From: Tubulanus polymorphus
Lineage: Eukaryota > Animalia > Nemertea
Length of the DNA: 64,000 nt
Direction of reading: 5' to 3'
Assembly (NCBI RefSeq): GCF_964204645.1
Contig: NC_134030.1
Coordinates: forward strand, 8,041,122 to 8,105,121
The notes below the pieces were generated by a model that saw nothing but the letters and a program-made list of their open reading frames with translations, had not been told where the DNA came from and did not search any database. Within the stretch, counting starts at the first letter, position 1, and every line of letters starts with the position of its first letter. This document shows positions 22,327-35,100 of this stretch, in pieces. Both the position numbers and the translations under genes were made by a program.

Positions 22327-25300
22327 TTGTTGCTTAACTAAACGAATGACAAATTTCAAAATCAATCATATTTATTCTCATACAACAATTATACAAAATG
22401 CCAGGTTTGTGCTCGAGGAATTATAATGTAAGCTCCTCAATCACATCTTCACCCGTCAAGGGATTCGAACCCACTACGCTAAAGCTGTTTCCCGAACCCC
22501 TTGACCTCACGAGTCGTTGGAGTCGTTACTAGTCGACCAGAATCCGGTCGTACCAATCACAACGCTTGTAACAAACCGTCAGTAGACTTCTGTTGGTTTC
22601 CCGTTTAATTGACCAATAAGCGAACGTTTTACCGAACAAGGAAGTATTTCGCAAATCGATATATGACGTCACGCGCAACAGCGCCAGTAATGAAATCACG
22701 CTTCGTGAGGCCAGGGGGCTGGTGGAAGGAGTTCGGGAGTGATACCGGACCCCTGGCAAGCGAGGATGCTCAAACAAAGACTTTCAACAACAACTAGTCC
22801 AACCACCATAGGCGTATAAACTATAAACCAGAGTTTATACGCCCATGGTCCAACCATAGACTCTAAAACAGAAACGTCTATGGCCCACAACCATTAAACC
22901 GTGAGTCCATGGCTCCCCGCACTAAAACCAGAGATAAACCTGGCCAAATACTCTGGAAAGCGTAGGATTAAGTAATCAATCTGATTCACATTCTTACATC
23001 ATTTTATTTTCACATATCATATTATTAACTTTTAGCTTATTTTCTCAAATTTTAATAGTAATTTTATTTCTATTACTATGTATGAAATTGTACTAACTTA
23101 AAAACAAAGTTACATGTAAGGTATTTAGAAGTCTTTATCTACGATACATTTCCACTACAGCAGGTTTATACAATTTGCATCAATAGGAAAATAACAAAAA
23201 TACACAAAGAATTATAAACTTTGATCCATAAAAAACCGAAAATTGGACTAGTCTAAGATTATGAATTTGACAATTCATGAGGTCAATAACCGACACTTTG
23301 TTATATTTCACGAAATATGAATCTATCATGTCAACTTTTCAAATTACATCGATTGAGGACATCTCATTCATCAAGAAAAAGCTCAACTTTATTCGATAGG
23401 ACCTTAATAAATCAATGTTTTATGAACAATTGACATGAATATGTCATTTTATCTCCACAACAACAATTACACCTAAATGACAGGTATTCATGTACTGGAG
23501 GAAGTGCCTCAGTCATTTACAAAAACGTGACCTGTATTTCAAAAAATTCTCCAACATAAAAACATTATAACTGGAGATAAAACCACAAATTCAATCTGGA
23601 AAGCCAAAGATTAGCAAGTGATATTACATATGCTTGCCCCAAGGTCAAGTGGCATTTATTCCTCAGATCAAACCCTGCAAACTATAATAACGGTTTTTCT
23701 TCGTGATGATTTAAGATAAATCGAGTATCTTCAAATAAATATGGTTTGACTGACGAAGCTACGGCAACTTCCTAAATTGTATTATTCAACTTGATAGCAG
23801 ATATAAATAAAACTCTATATAAAGATCAGAAATTCTTCTTGTCCAGATATTACAGGCCCACACAGATGCGGTTAAACTGATAATCAAAACAAAGCTAGGA
23901 CAATTGACCAATTAGCACTGTATCCTCGAGTTAGCCTATCAAGAAACTGCTCCTTCTATTCTATGCTTCTGCTAATTAAATCAGTATCTTATGAACCACT
24001 GAAAAGCACCACAGCGGAATTGTTGCTATAGAAATTAACAACTAAAAAGTAAACATGAATGATGAAAATGTACATGGTTTTATTCACACGACAATAATAT
24101 CTACGAGGAATCATCATGCAAGTTCCTAATTTCCAAACATGCGTTATGTGTTACAATAACAGTCTCCAACATAGAACATTAAAACTAGAGATGGAACATA
24201 CAAATTCACTCTGGAAATCTAAGTATCAACTAATCATTACTTTCACTAGAAAACTATAATTTTGCCTACTTTGCCCTGTCTTAAAGATGAGCAAGCACCT
24301 TTGGCATTAAATACTAAGTATTCAGATGTTTTTTTTTTTTCTGGCAGCTTCGAAAACATCAACATAATCATACAATCGGTAACTAATCAATAACATCAAT
24401 AACTTAAGTTTATAGCTGTTTTACGTTCTTTCTAAAAAGTAAAATGTATGTACCAGATTTTGAATAGTAAGTTTACCCCCATTTAACAATCAACGGTCAC
24501 AGCAGTGATTGAGCGCGGCTAGTTCATAGGACGGTCGATCTTTCATCACAGTTATTCAAAGCATTCTATCATATCAGTTATTTTTTTTTAAGTGTGTTCG
24601 ATTTAGTTAAGGTTTATGGTTATTTGTTTTGTTCATTACAATAACTGAGTCCGATAGAATGCTTAAAACAACAACAGCAAAGATCTCGGGTTTTCGCTAT
24701 ACTTAGGGAAGGTTGTTCGATAAATGAAGAACCTTGTTGATAAATATTTGAAAAAATGCCTTTTCATGTAAATAGAATATTAATTTGTTGTTTGTTTCTA
24801 TTGTTGTTTATTATTTTTATCAATTTTTTAAATATTAGCTATTTATGTATGTACTTGTATTTTGTATTATTTACTACTTATTGGTTTTTTTTAAATTTAT
24901 TTTTTTATTAATTTATGTACTTTGTATGTAGTTTGTATTATGTATTATTTATACTCCTCTATTTACAACTGCAGGCATTTTTTCACTGTAAAGTTTTTGG
25001 GCCCATTCTAAAAAAGCGCTACCAATTCACTGCCACTCCTTTATAATCATTATACACCCAATTTGAAGCTAAGTGATTATTCACGAGAGCCATCTCGTGA
25101 TATGGATTTACCCATTACAATAACGGAAGTTCAAACAGCTATAAACAATGTTAAAACGTTCAAAATTAGTCCTAGCTATAACTTTATGCCTTGTTATTCC
25201 TAGCTTTACCTCTCAAATGTAAATAATGGTCTCCTTTCAAATAAAGCTTTTGATTTCAAATACGTAGCTATGATCATCAAACAGATTGATGAAGGCTCAA

Positions 25301-25814
25301 AGTTAAAACTCGATGTGAAAATCGACATATACGATTCAATTGTGAAATCAGTTACATGGGCCTTTGAAGATATATATCCATCAAATTAATACATCTACAA
25401 TTCAGCAAATATTTAATATTTGTACATCAACACTGGCCTAACGTTAGTTCTGTGTTTCCTAACTATGTGATACCTACACGGACAAATAGCCATAGTTGAC
25501 TATGTTTAACTATGGTAAAGTTTGAAGATTTAACTCACAATATCATGTTGAAACTATATCTCAGTTTAGGAGTTGACTCAACAGACCTGCAAGCCCAAAC
25601 AAGGTGCTCGACGCGACCATTTACCCCTAGTGACTAACCTAACTTGACTAACCTAACTCAACCAAGGATCGAATACCAATATCGTGAATTAATGGTGCTT
25701 AGCTTTTATTAGACTCTCACATTGCATTAAACATTATAAAATAATTTCCTTGAAAACATTATATCAGACTGGTTTGAAAAAGGATGATAAAAATCAATAC
25801 TTTACTACAGAAAT

Positions 25815-26012
25815 ACGCTATTGTCTTTGCTGCTCCTGGATCTCAGTGTTTATAAGATGCACTATTGTTTATGCTGCTCCTAATAAGATACACTATTGTC
25901 TTTGCTGCTTTTGAAACAGTGCTTATCCTGAATCAGTGTTCATGAGAAAACGCATTAGCTTTGTCGCTCGAATCAGTGTTTATAAGATTCACTATAGTCT
26001 CTGCTGCTCCTG
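25815..26012. repeat. Degenerate minisatellite, ~30-45-bp units
   Basis: About 5 copies of ctattgtctttgctgctcct..cagtgtttataagat. Confidence 0.7.
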
Positions 26013-26139
26013 ATAAAATATGTTATAGAAATCAACCACCGTTTGTTAAAGAATCCATCGTTGAGTGATTAATCCGTTGCTGGCTGCTCAACTTCTAATC
26101 TGGGCTTCTGCAGTTTTCATCAGCAAATGGGTAAATCAG

Positions 26140-29100
26140 TATTCATCTACTTGTAGATTTTCTGATGAGTAAGTTGATCTCAAGCTGGGTTTTTTCTCAA
26201 AGTTGATATTTAGCTGCAATAATTAGAAGAAGATATCCTGTAATGACAAAATATTTCAATAAGAATAAATCGTAATGATTTCATGTATATCAAGTTACCT
26301 ATTATGATTGCTTGGTTCGTTATCGGTGTGGACAATCTAAAGTTGGTGGGTTAATGAGTTCGATCTTAGTTAGCTGTGCGCTGTTCAAGTTGGTCGATTT
26401 TTCACAAGTAGTTGTTCTCAAACTGGGTTTTTTTCGCAGAGTTGAAATTTAGCTGCAATGATTAAAAGAAGATATCCTGTAATGACCAAATATTTCAATA
26501 AGAATTAATCGTAACAATTTCATGTATATCAAGTTACCTTTTATGATTGCTTGGTTCGTTAACGGTGTGGATCATCTAAAGTTGGTGGGTTAATGGGTTC
26601 GATTCTGTTGGCCTCATCTGTGCGCTGTTCCAGTTGGTCGATTTTGGATGAGTAGTTGATCTCAAGCTGGGTTTTTTTGCATAGTCGAAATTTAGCTGCA
26701 ATGATTAAAAGAGGATATCCTGTAATGACAAAATATTTCGATAAGAATTAATCGTAATAATTTCATGTATATTAAGTTACCCTTTTTGATTGCTGGTTTC
26801 ATTATCGGTGATTATGTTATTAGTTGATTGGTCAATGAGTTCAATTCTAGATGCCTGTGCGCTGTTCAAGTTGGTTGATTTTTGACGAGTAGTTGTTCTC
26901 AAACTGGGTTTTTTCTCATAGTTGAAATTTAGCTGCAATGATCAAAAGAAGATATCCTTTAATGACAAAATATTTCAATAAGAATTAATTGTAATAATTT
27001 CATGTATATCAAGTTACCTTTTATGATTGCTTGGTTCGTTATCGGCGTGGATCATCTAAAGTTGGTGGGTTAATGAGTTCGATTTAGTTGGCCTCATCTG
27101 TTCGCTGTTCCAGTTGGTCGATTTTGGACGAGTAGCTGATCTCAAGCTGGGTTTCTTCTTATAGTTGAAATTTAGCTGCAATGATTAAAAGAAGATATCC
27201 TGTAATGACAAAATATTTCAATAAGAATTAATCGTAATAATTTCATTTATATCAAGTTACCTTTTATGATTGCTGGTTTCATTATCGGCGATTATCTTAT
27301 TAGCCGATTGGTTAATGAGTTCGATCCTAGTTAGCTGTGCGCCGTTCAAGTTGGTTGATTTTTGACGAGTAGTTGTTCCCAAACTGGGTTTTTTCGCATA
27401 GTTGAAATTTAGCTGCAATGATTAAAAGAAGATATTCTGTAATGACAAAATATCGCAATAAGTATTAATCGTAATAATTTCATGTATATCAAGTTACCTT
27501 TTATGATTGCTGGCTTCATTATAGGAGATTATCTTATTAGTTGATTGGTTAATGAGTTCGATCCTAGTTGGCTGTGCGCCGGTTCAAGTTGGTTGATTTT
27601 TTACGAGTAGTTGTTCTCAAACTGGGTTTTTTGCATAGTTGAAATTTAGCTGCAATGATTAAAAGAAGATATCCTGTAATGACAAAATATTTCAATAAGA
27701 ATTAATCGTAATAATTTCATGTATATCAAGTTACTTTTTATGATTGCTGGTTTCATTATCGGTGATTATGTTATTAGTTGATTGGTTAATGAGTTCGATT
27801 CTAGTTGCCTGTGAGCTGTTCAAGTTGGTTGATTTTTGAAGAGTAGTTGTTCTCAAACTGTGTTTTTTGCATAGTTGAAATTTAGCTGCAATGATTAAAA
27901 GAAGATATTCTGTAATGAAAAAAAATATTTCAATAAGAATTAATCGTAATAATTTCATGTATATCAAGTTACTTTTTATGATTGCTTGGTTTCATTATCG
28001 GTGATTATGTTATTAATTGATTGTTTAATGAGTTCGATTCTAGTTGCCTGTGCGCTGTTCAAGTTGGTTGATTTTTGACGAGTAGTTGTTCTCAAACTGG
28101 GTTTTTTCTCATAGTTGAAATTTAGCTGCAATGATCAAAAGAAGATATCCTTTAATGACAAAATATTTCAATAAGAATTAATCGTAATAATTTCATGTAT
28201 ATCAAGTTACCTTTTATGATTGCTTGGTTCGTTATCGGCGTGGATCATCTAAAGTTGGTGGGTTAATGAGTTCGATTTAGTTGGCCTCATCTGTTCGCTG
28301 TTCCAGTTGGTCGATTTTGGACGAGTAGCTGATCTCAAGCTGGGTTTCTTCTTATGGTTGAAATTTAGCTGCAATGATTAAAAGAAGATATCCTGTAATG
28401 ACAAAATATTTCAATAAGAATTAATCGTTATAATTTCATTTATATCAAGTTACCTTTTATGATTGCTGGTTTCATTATCGGCGATTATCTTATTAGCCGA
28501 TTGGTTAATGAGTTCGATCCTAGTTAGCTGTGCGCTGTTCAAAGTGGTCGATTTTTTACAAGTAGTTGTTCTCAAACTGGGTTTTTTCGCAGAGTTGAAA
28601 TTTAGTTGCAATGATTAAAAGAAGATATCCTGCAATGACCAAATATTTCAATGAGAATTAATCGTAACAATTTCATGTATATCAAGTTACCTTTTATGAT
28701 TGCTTGGTTCGTTATCGGTGTGGATCATCTAAAGTTGTTGGGTTAATGAGTTCGATTCTGTTGGCCTCATCTGTTCGCTGTTCCACTTGGTCGATTTTGG
28801 ACGAGTGGCTGATCTCAAGCTGGCTTTCTTCTTATAGTTGAAATTTAGCTGCAATGATTAAAAGAAGATATCCTGTAATGACAAAATATTTCAATAAGAA
28901 TTAAACGTAATAATTTCATGTATATCGAGTTACCTTTTATGATTGCTGGTTTCATTATCGGTGATTATGTTATTAGTTGATTGGTTAATGAGTTCGATTC
29001 TAGTTGCCTGTCAGCTGTTAAAGTTGGTTGATTTTTGACGAGTAGTTGTTCTCAAACTGGGTTTTTTCTCATAGTTGAAATTTAGCTGCAATGATCAAAA

Positions 29101-32100
29101 GAAGATATCGTTTAATGACAAAATATATCAATAAGAATTAATGGTAATAACTTCATGTATATCAAGTTACCTTTTATGATTGCTTGGTTCATTATCGGCG
29201 TGGATCATCTAAAGTTGGTGGTTTAATGAGTTCGATTCTGTTGGCCTCATCTGTTCGCTGTTCCAGTTGGTCGATTTTGGACGAGTAGCTGATCTCAAGC
29301 TGGGTTTCTTCTTATAGTTGAAATTTAGCTGCAATGATTAAAAGAAGATATCCTGTAATGACAAAATATTTCAATAAGAATTAATCGTAATAATTTCATT
29401 TATATCAAGTTACCTTTTATGATTGCTGGTTTCATTATCGGCGATTATCTTATTAGCTGATTGGTTAATGAGTTCGATCCTAGTTAGCTGTGCGCTGTTC
29501 AAAGTGGTCGATTTTTTACAAGTAGTTGTTCTCAAACTGGGTTTTTTCGCAGAGTTGAAATTTAGTTGCAATGATTAAAAGAAGATATCCTGCAATGACC
29601 AAATATTTCAATGAGAATTAATCGTAACAATTTCATGTATATCAAGTTACCTTTTATGATTGCTTGGTTCGTTATCGGTGTGGATCATTTAAAGTTTGTG
29701 CGTTAATGAGTTCGATTCTGTTGGCCCCATCTGTTTGCTGTTCCAGTTGGTCGATTTTGGACGAGTAGCTGATCTCAAGCTGGCTTTCTTCTTATAGTTG
29801 AAATTTAGCTGCAATGATTCAAAGAAGATATCCTGTAATGACAAAATATTTCAATAAGAATAAATCGTAATAATTTCATGTATATCAAGTTACCTTTTAT
29901 GATTGCTGGTTTCATTATCGGTGATTATGTTATTAGTTGATTGGTTAATGAGTTCGATTCTAGTTGCCTGTCAGCTGTTGAAGTTGTTTTATTTTTGACG
30001 AGTAGTTGTTCTCAAACTGGGTTTTTTTCTCATAGTTGAAATTTAGCTGCAATGATCAAAAGAAGATATCGTTTAATGACAAAATATTTCAATAAGAATT
30101 AATCGTAATAATTTCATGTATATCAAGTTACCTTTTATGATTGCTTGGTTCATTATCGGCGTGGATCATCTAAAGTTGGTGGTTTAATGAGTTCGATTCT
30201 GTTGGCCTCATCTGTTCGCTGTTCCAGTTGGTCGATTTTGGACGAGTAGCTGATCTCAAGCTGGGTTTCTTCTTATAGTTGAAATTTAGCTGCAATGATT
30301 AAAAGAAGATATCCTGTAATGACAAAATCTTTCAATAAGAATTAATCGTAATAATTTCATGTATATCAAGTTACCTTTTATGATTGCTTGGTTCGTTATC
30401 GGTGTGGATCATCTAAAGTTGTTGGGTTAATGAGTTCGATTCTGTTGGCCTCATCTGTTCGCTGTTCCAGTTGGTCGATTTTGGACGAGTAGCTGATCTC
30501 AAGCTGGCTTTCTTCTTATAGTTGAAATTTAGCTGCAATGATTAAAAGAAGATATCCTGTAATGACAAAATATTTCAATAAGAATTAATCGTAATAATTT
30601 CATGTATATCAAGTTACCTTTTATGATTGCTGGTTTCATTATCGGTGATTATGTTATTAGTTGATTGGTTAATGAGTTCGATTCTAGTTGCCTGTCAGCT
30701 GTTAAAGTTGGTTGATTTTTGACGAGTGGTTGTTCTCAAACTGGGTTTTTTTCTCATAGTTGAAATTTAGCTGCAATGATCAAAAGAAGATATCGTTTAA
30801 TGACAAAATATTTCAATAAGAATTAATCGTAATAATTTCATGTATATCAAGTTACCTTTTATGATTGCTTGGTTCGTTATCGGCGTGGATGATCTAAAGT
30901 TGGTGCTGTTAATGAGTTTGATTCTGTTGGCCTCATCTGTTCGCTGTTCCAGTTGGTCGATTTTGGACGAGTAGCTGATCTCAAGCTGGGTTTCTTCTTA
31001 TAGTTGAAATTTAGCTGCAATGATTAAAAGATATCCTGTAATGACAAAATATTTCAATAAGAATTAATCGTAATAATTTCATTTATATCAAGTTACCTTT
31101 TATGATTGCTGGTTTCATTATCGGCGATTATCTTATTAGCTGATTGGTTAATGAGTTCGATCCTAGTTAGCTGTGCGCTGTTCAAGTTGGTTGATTTTTG
31201 ACGAGTAGTTGTTCCCAAACTGGGTTTTTTCGCATAGTTGAAATTTAGCTGCAATGATTAAAAGAAGATATTCCGTAATGACAAAATATCGCAATAAGTA
31301 TTAATCGTAATAATTTCATTTATATCAAGTTACCTTTTATGATTGCTGGCTTCATTATAGGAGATTATCTTATTAGTTGATTGGTTAATGAGTTCGATCC
31401 TAGTTGGCTGTGCGCCGTTCAAGTTGGTTGATTTTTTACGAGTAGTTGTTCTCAAACTGGGTTTTTTGCATAGTTGAAATTTAGCTGCAATGATTAAAAG
31501 AAGATATCCTGTAATGACAAAATATTTCAATAAGAATTAATCGTAATAATTTCATGTATATCAAGTTACTTTTTATGATTGCTGGTTTCATTATCGGTGA
31601 TTATGTTATTAGTTGATTGGTTAATGAGTTCGATTCTAGTTGCCTGTGAGCTGTTCAAGTTGGTTGATTTTTGAAGAGTAGTTGTTCTCAAACTGTGTTT
31701 TTTGCATAGTTGAAATTTAGCTGCAATGATTAAAAGAAGATATTCTGTAATGACAAAATATTTCAATAAGAATTAATCGTAATAATTTCATGTATATCAA
31801 GTTACTTTTTATGATTGCTTGGTTTCATTATCGGTGATTATGTTATTAATTGATTGGTTAATGAGTTCGATTCTAGTTGCCTGTGCGCTATTCAAGTTGG
31901 TTGATTTTTGACGATTAGTTGTTCTCAAACTGGGTTTTTTTGCATAGTTGAAATTTAGCTGCAATGATTAAAAGAAGATATTTTGTAATGACAAAATATT
32001 TCAATAAGAATTAATCGTAATAATTTCATGTATATCAAGTTACCTTTTATGATTGCTTGGTTCGTTATCGGCGTGGATCATCTAAAGTTGGTGGGTTAAT

Positions 32101-35100
32101 GAGTTCGATTCAGTTGGCCTCATCTGTTCGCTGTTCCAGTTGGTCGATTTTGGACGAGTAGCTGATCTCAAGCTGGCTTTCTTCTTATAGTTGAAATTTA
32201 GCTGCAATGATTAAAAGAAGATATCCTGTAATGACAAAATATTTCAATAAGAATTAATCGTAATAATTTCATGTATATCAAGTTACCTTTTATGATTGCT
32301 GGTTTCATTATCGGTGATTATGTTATTAGTTGATTGGTTAATGAGTTCGATTCTAGTTGCCTGTCAGCTGTTAAAGTTGGTTGATTTTTGACGAGTGGTT
32401 GTTCTCAAACTGGGTTTTTTTCTCATAGTTGAAATTTAGCTGCAATGATCAAAAGAAGATATCGTTTAATGACAAAATATTTCAATAAGAATTAATCGTA
32501 ATAATTTCATGTATATCAAGTTACCTTTTATGATTGCTTGGTTCGTTATCGGCGTGGATGATCTAAAGTTGGTGCTGTTAATGAGTTTGATTCTGTTGGC
32601 CTCATCTGTTCGCTGTTCCAGTTGGTCGATTTTGGACGATTAGTTGTTCTCAAACTGGGTTTTTTTGCATAGTTGAAATTTAGCTGCAATGATTAAAAGA
32701 AGATATCCTGTAATGACAAAATATTTCAATAAGAATTAATCGTAATAATTTCATGTATATCAAGTTACTTTTTATGATTGCTGGTTTCATTATCGGTGAT
32801 TATGTTATTAGTTGATTGGTTAATGAGTTCGATTCTAGTTGCCTGTGAGCTGTTCAAGTTGGTTGATTTTTGAAGAGTAGTTGTTCTCAAACTGTGTTTT
32901 TTGCATAGTTGAAATTTAGCTGCAATGATTAAAAGAAGATATTCTGTAATGAAAAAAAATATTTCAATAAGAATTAATCGTAATAATTTCATGTATATCA
33001 AGTTACTTTTTATGATTGCTTGGTTTCATTATCGGTTATTATGTTATTAATTGATTGGTTAATGAGTTCGATTCTAGTTGCCTGTGCGCTATTCAAGTTG
33101 GTTGATTTTTGACGATTAGTTGTTCTCAAACTGGGTTTTTTTGCATAGTTGAAATTTAGCTGCAATGATTAAAAGAAGATATTTTGTAATGACAAAATAT
33201 TTCAATAAGAATTAATCGTAATAATTTCATGTATATCAAGTTACCTTTTATGATTGCTTGGTTCGTTATCGGCGTGGATCATCTAAAGTTGGTGGGTTAA
33301 TGAGTTCGATTCAGTTGGCCTCATCTGTTCGCTGTTCCAGTTGGTCGATTTTGGACGAGTAGCTGATCTCAAGCTGGCTTTCTTCTTATAGTTGAAATTT
33401 AGCTGCAATGATTAAAAGAAGATATCCTGTAATGACAAAATATTTCAATAAGAATTAATCGTAATAATTTCATGTATATCAAGTTACCTTTTATGATTGC
33501 TGGTTTCATTATCGGTGATTATGTTATTAGTTGATTGGTTAATGAGTTCGATTCTAGTTGCCTGTCAGCTGTTAAAGTTGGTTGATTTTTGACGAGTAGT
33601 TGTGCTCAAACTGGGTTTTTTCTCATAGTTGAAATTTAGCTGCAATGATCAAAAGAAGATATCGTTTAATGACAAAATATTTCAATAAGAATTAATCGTA
33701 ATAATTTCATGTATATCAAGTTACCTTTTATGATTGCTTGGTTCATTATCGGCGTGGATCATCTAAAGTTGGTGGTTTAATGAGTTCGATTCTGTTGGCC
33801 TCATCTGTTCGCTGTTCCAGTTGGTTGATTTTGGACGAGTAGCTGATCTCAAGCTGGCTTTCTTCTTATAGTTGAAATTTAGCTGCAAATGATTAAAAGA
33901 AGATATCCTGTAATGACAAAATATTTCAATAAGAATTAATCGTAATAATTTCATTTATATCAAGTTACCTTTTATGATTGCTGGTTTCATTATCGGCGAT
34001 TATCTTATTAGCCGATTGGTTAATGAGTTCGATCCTAGTTAGCTGTGCGCTGTTCAAAGTGGTCGATTTTTTACAAGTAGTTGTTCTCAAACTGGGTTTT
34101 TTCGCAGGGTTGAAATTTAGTTGCAATGATTAAATAAAGATATCCTGCAATGACCAAATATTTCAATGAGAATTAATCATAACAATTTCATGTATATCAA
34201 GTTACCTTTTATGATTGCTTGGTTCGTTATCGGTGTGGATCATCTAAAGTTGTTGGGTTAATGAGTTCGATTCTGTTGGCCTCATCTGTTCGCTGTTCCA
34301 GTTGGTCGATTTTGGACGAGTAGCTGATCTCAAGCTGGCTTTCTTCTTATAGTTGAAATTTAGCTGCAATGATTAAAAGAAGATATCCTGTAATGACAAA
34401 ATATTTCAATAAGAATTAATCGTAATAATTTCATGTATATCAAGTTACCTTTTATGATTGCTGGTTTCATTATCGGTGATTATGTTATTAGTTGATTGGT
34501 TAATGAGTTCGATTCTGTTGGCCTCATCTGTTCGCTGTTCCAGTTGGTCCATTTTGGACGAGTAGCTGATCTCAAGCTGGCTTTCTTCTTATAGTTGAAA
34601 TTTAGCTGCAATGATTAAAAGAAGATATCCTGTAATGACAAAATATTTCAATAAGAATTAATCGTAATAATTTCATGTATATCAAGTTACCTTTTATGAT
34701 TGCTGGTTTCATTATCGGTGATTATGTTATTAGTTGATTGGTTAATGAGTTCGATTCTAGTTGCCTGTCAGCTGTTAAAGTTGTTTTATTTTTGACGAGT
34801 AGTTGTTCTCAAACTGGGTTTTTTTCTCATAGTTGAAATTTAGCTGCAATGATCAAAAGAAGATATCGTTTAATGACAAAATATTTCAATAAGAATTAAT
34901 CGTAATAATTTCATGTATATCAAGTTACCTTTTATGATTGCTTGGTTCATTATCGGCGTGGATCATCTAAAGTTGGTGGTTTAATGAGTTCGATTCTGTT
35001 GGCCTCATCTGTTCGCTGTTCCAGTTGGTCGAATTTGGACGAGTAGCTGATCTCAAGCTGGCTTTCTTCTTATAGTTGAAATTTAGCTGCAATGATTAAA

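Noticed and set aside
22450-22490. tRNA gene (minus-strand GGTTCGAATCCC B-box)
   Set aside because: No cloverleaf or properly spaced A-box; at most a SINE fragment.
26161-27130. Hammerhead-like words in the satellite (ctgatgag at 26162; ttgacgag..ctcaaac; minus-strand cagatgaggcc..cgaac)
   Set aside because: No copy has a complete CUGANGA plus GAAA with a pairable stem II and a UH site.
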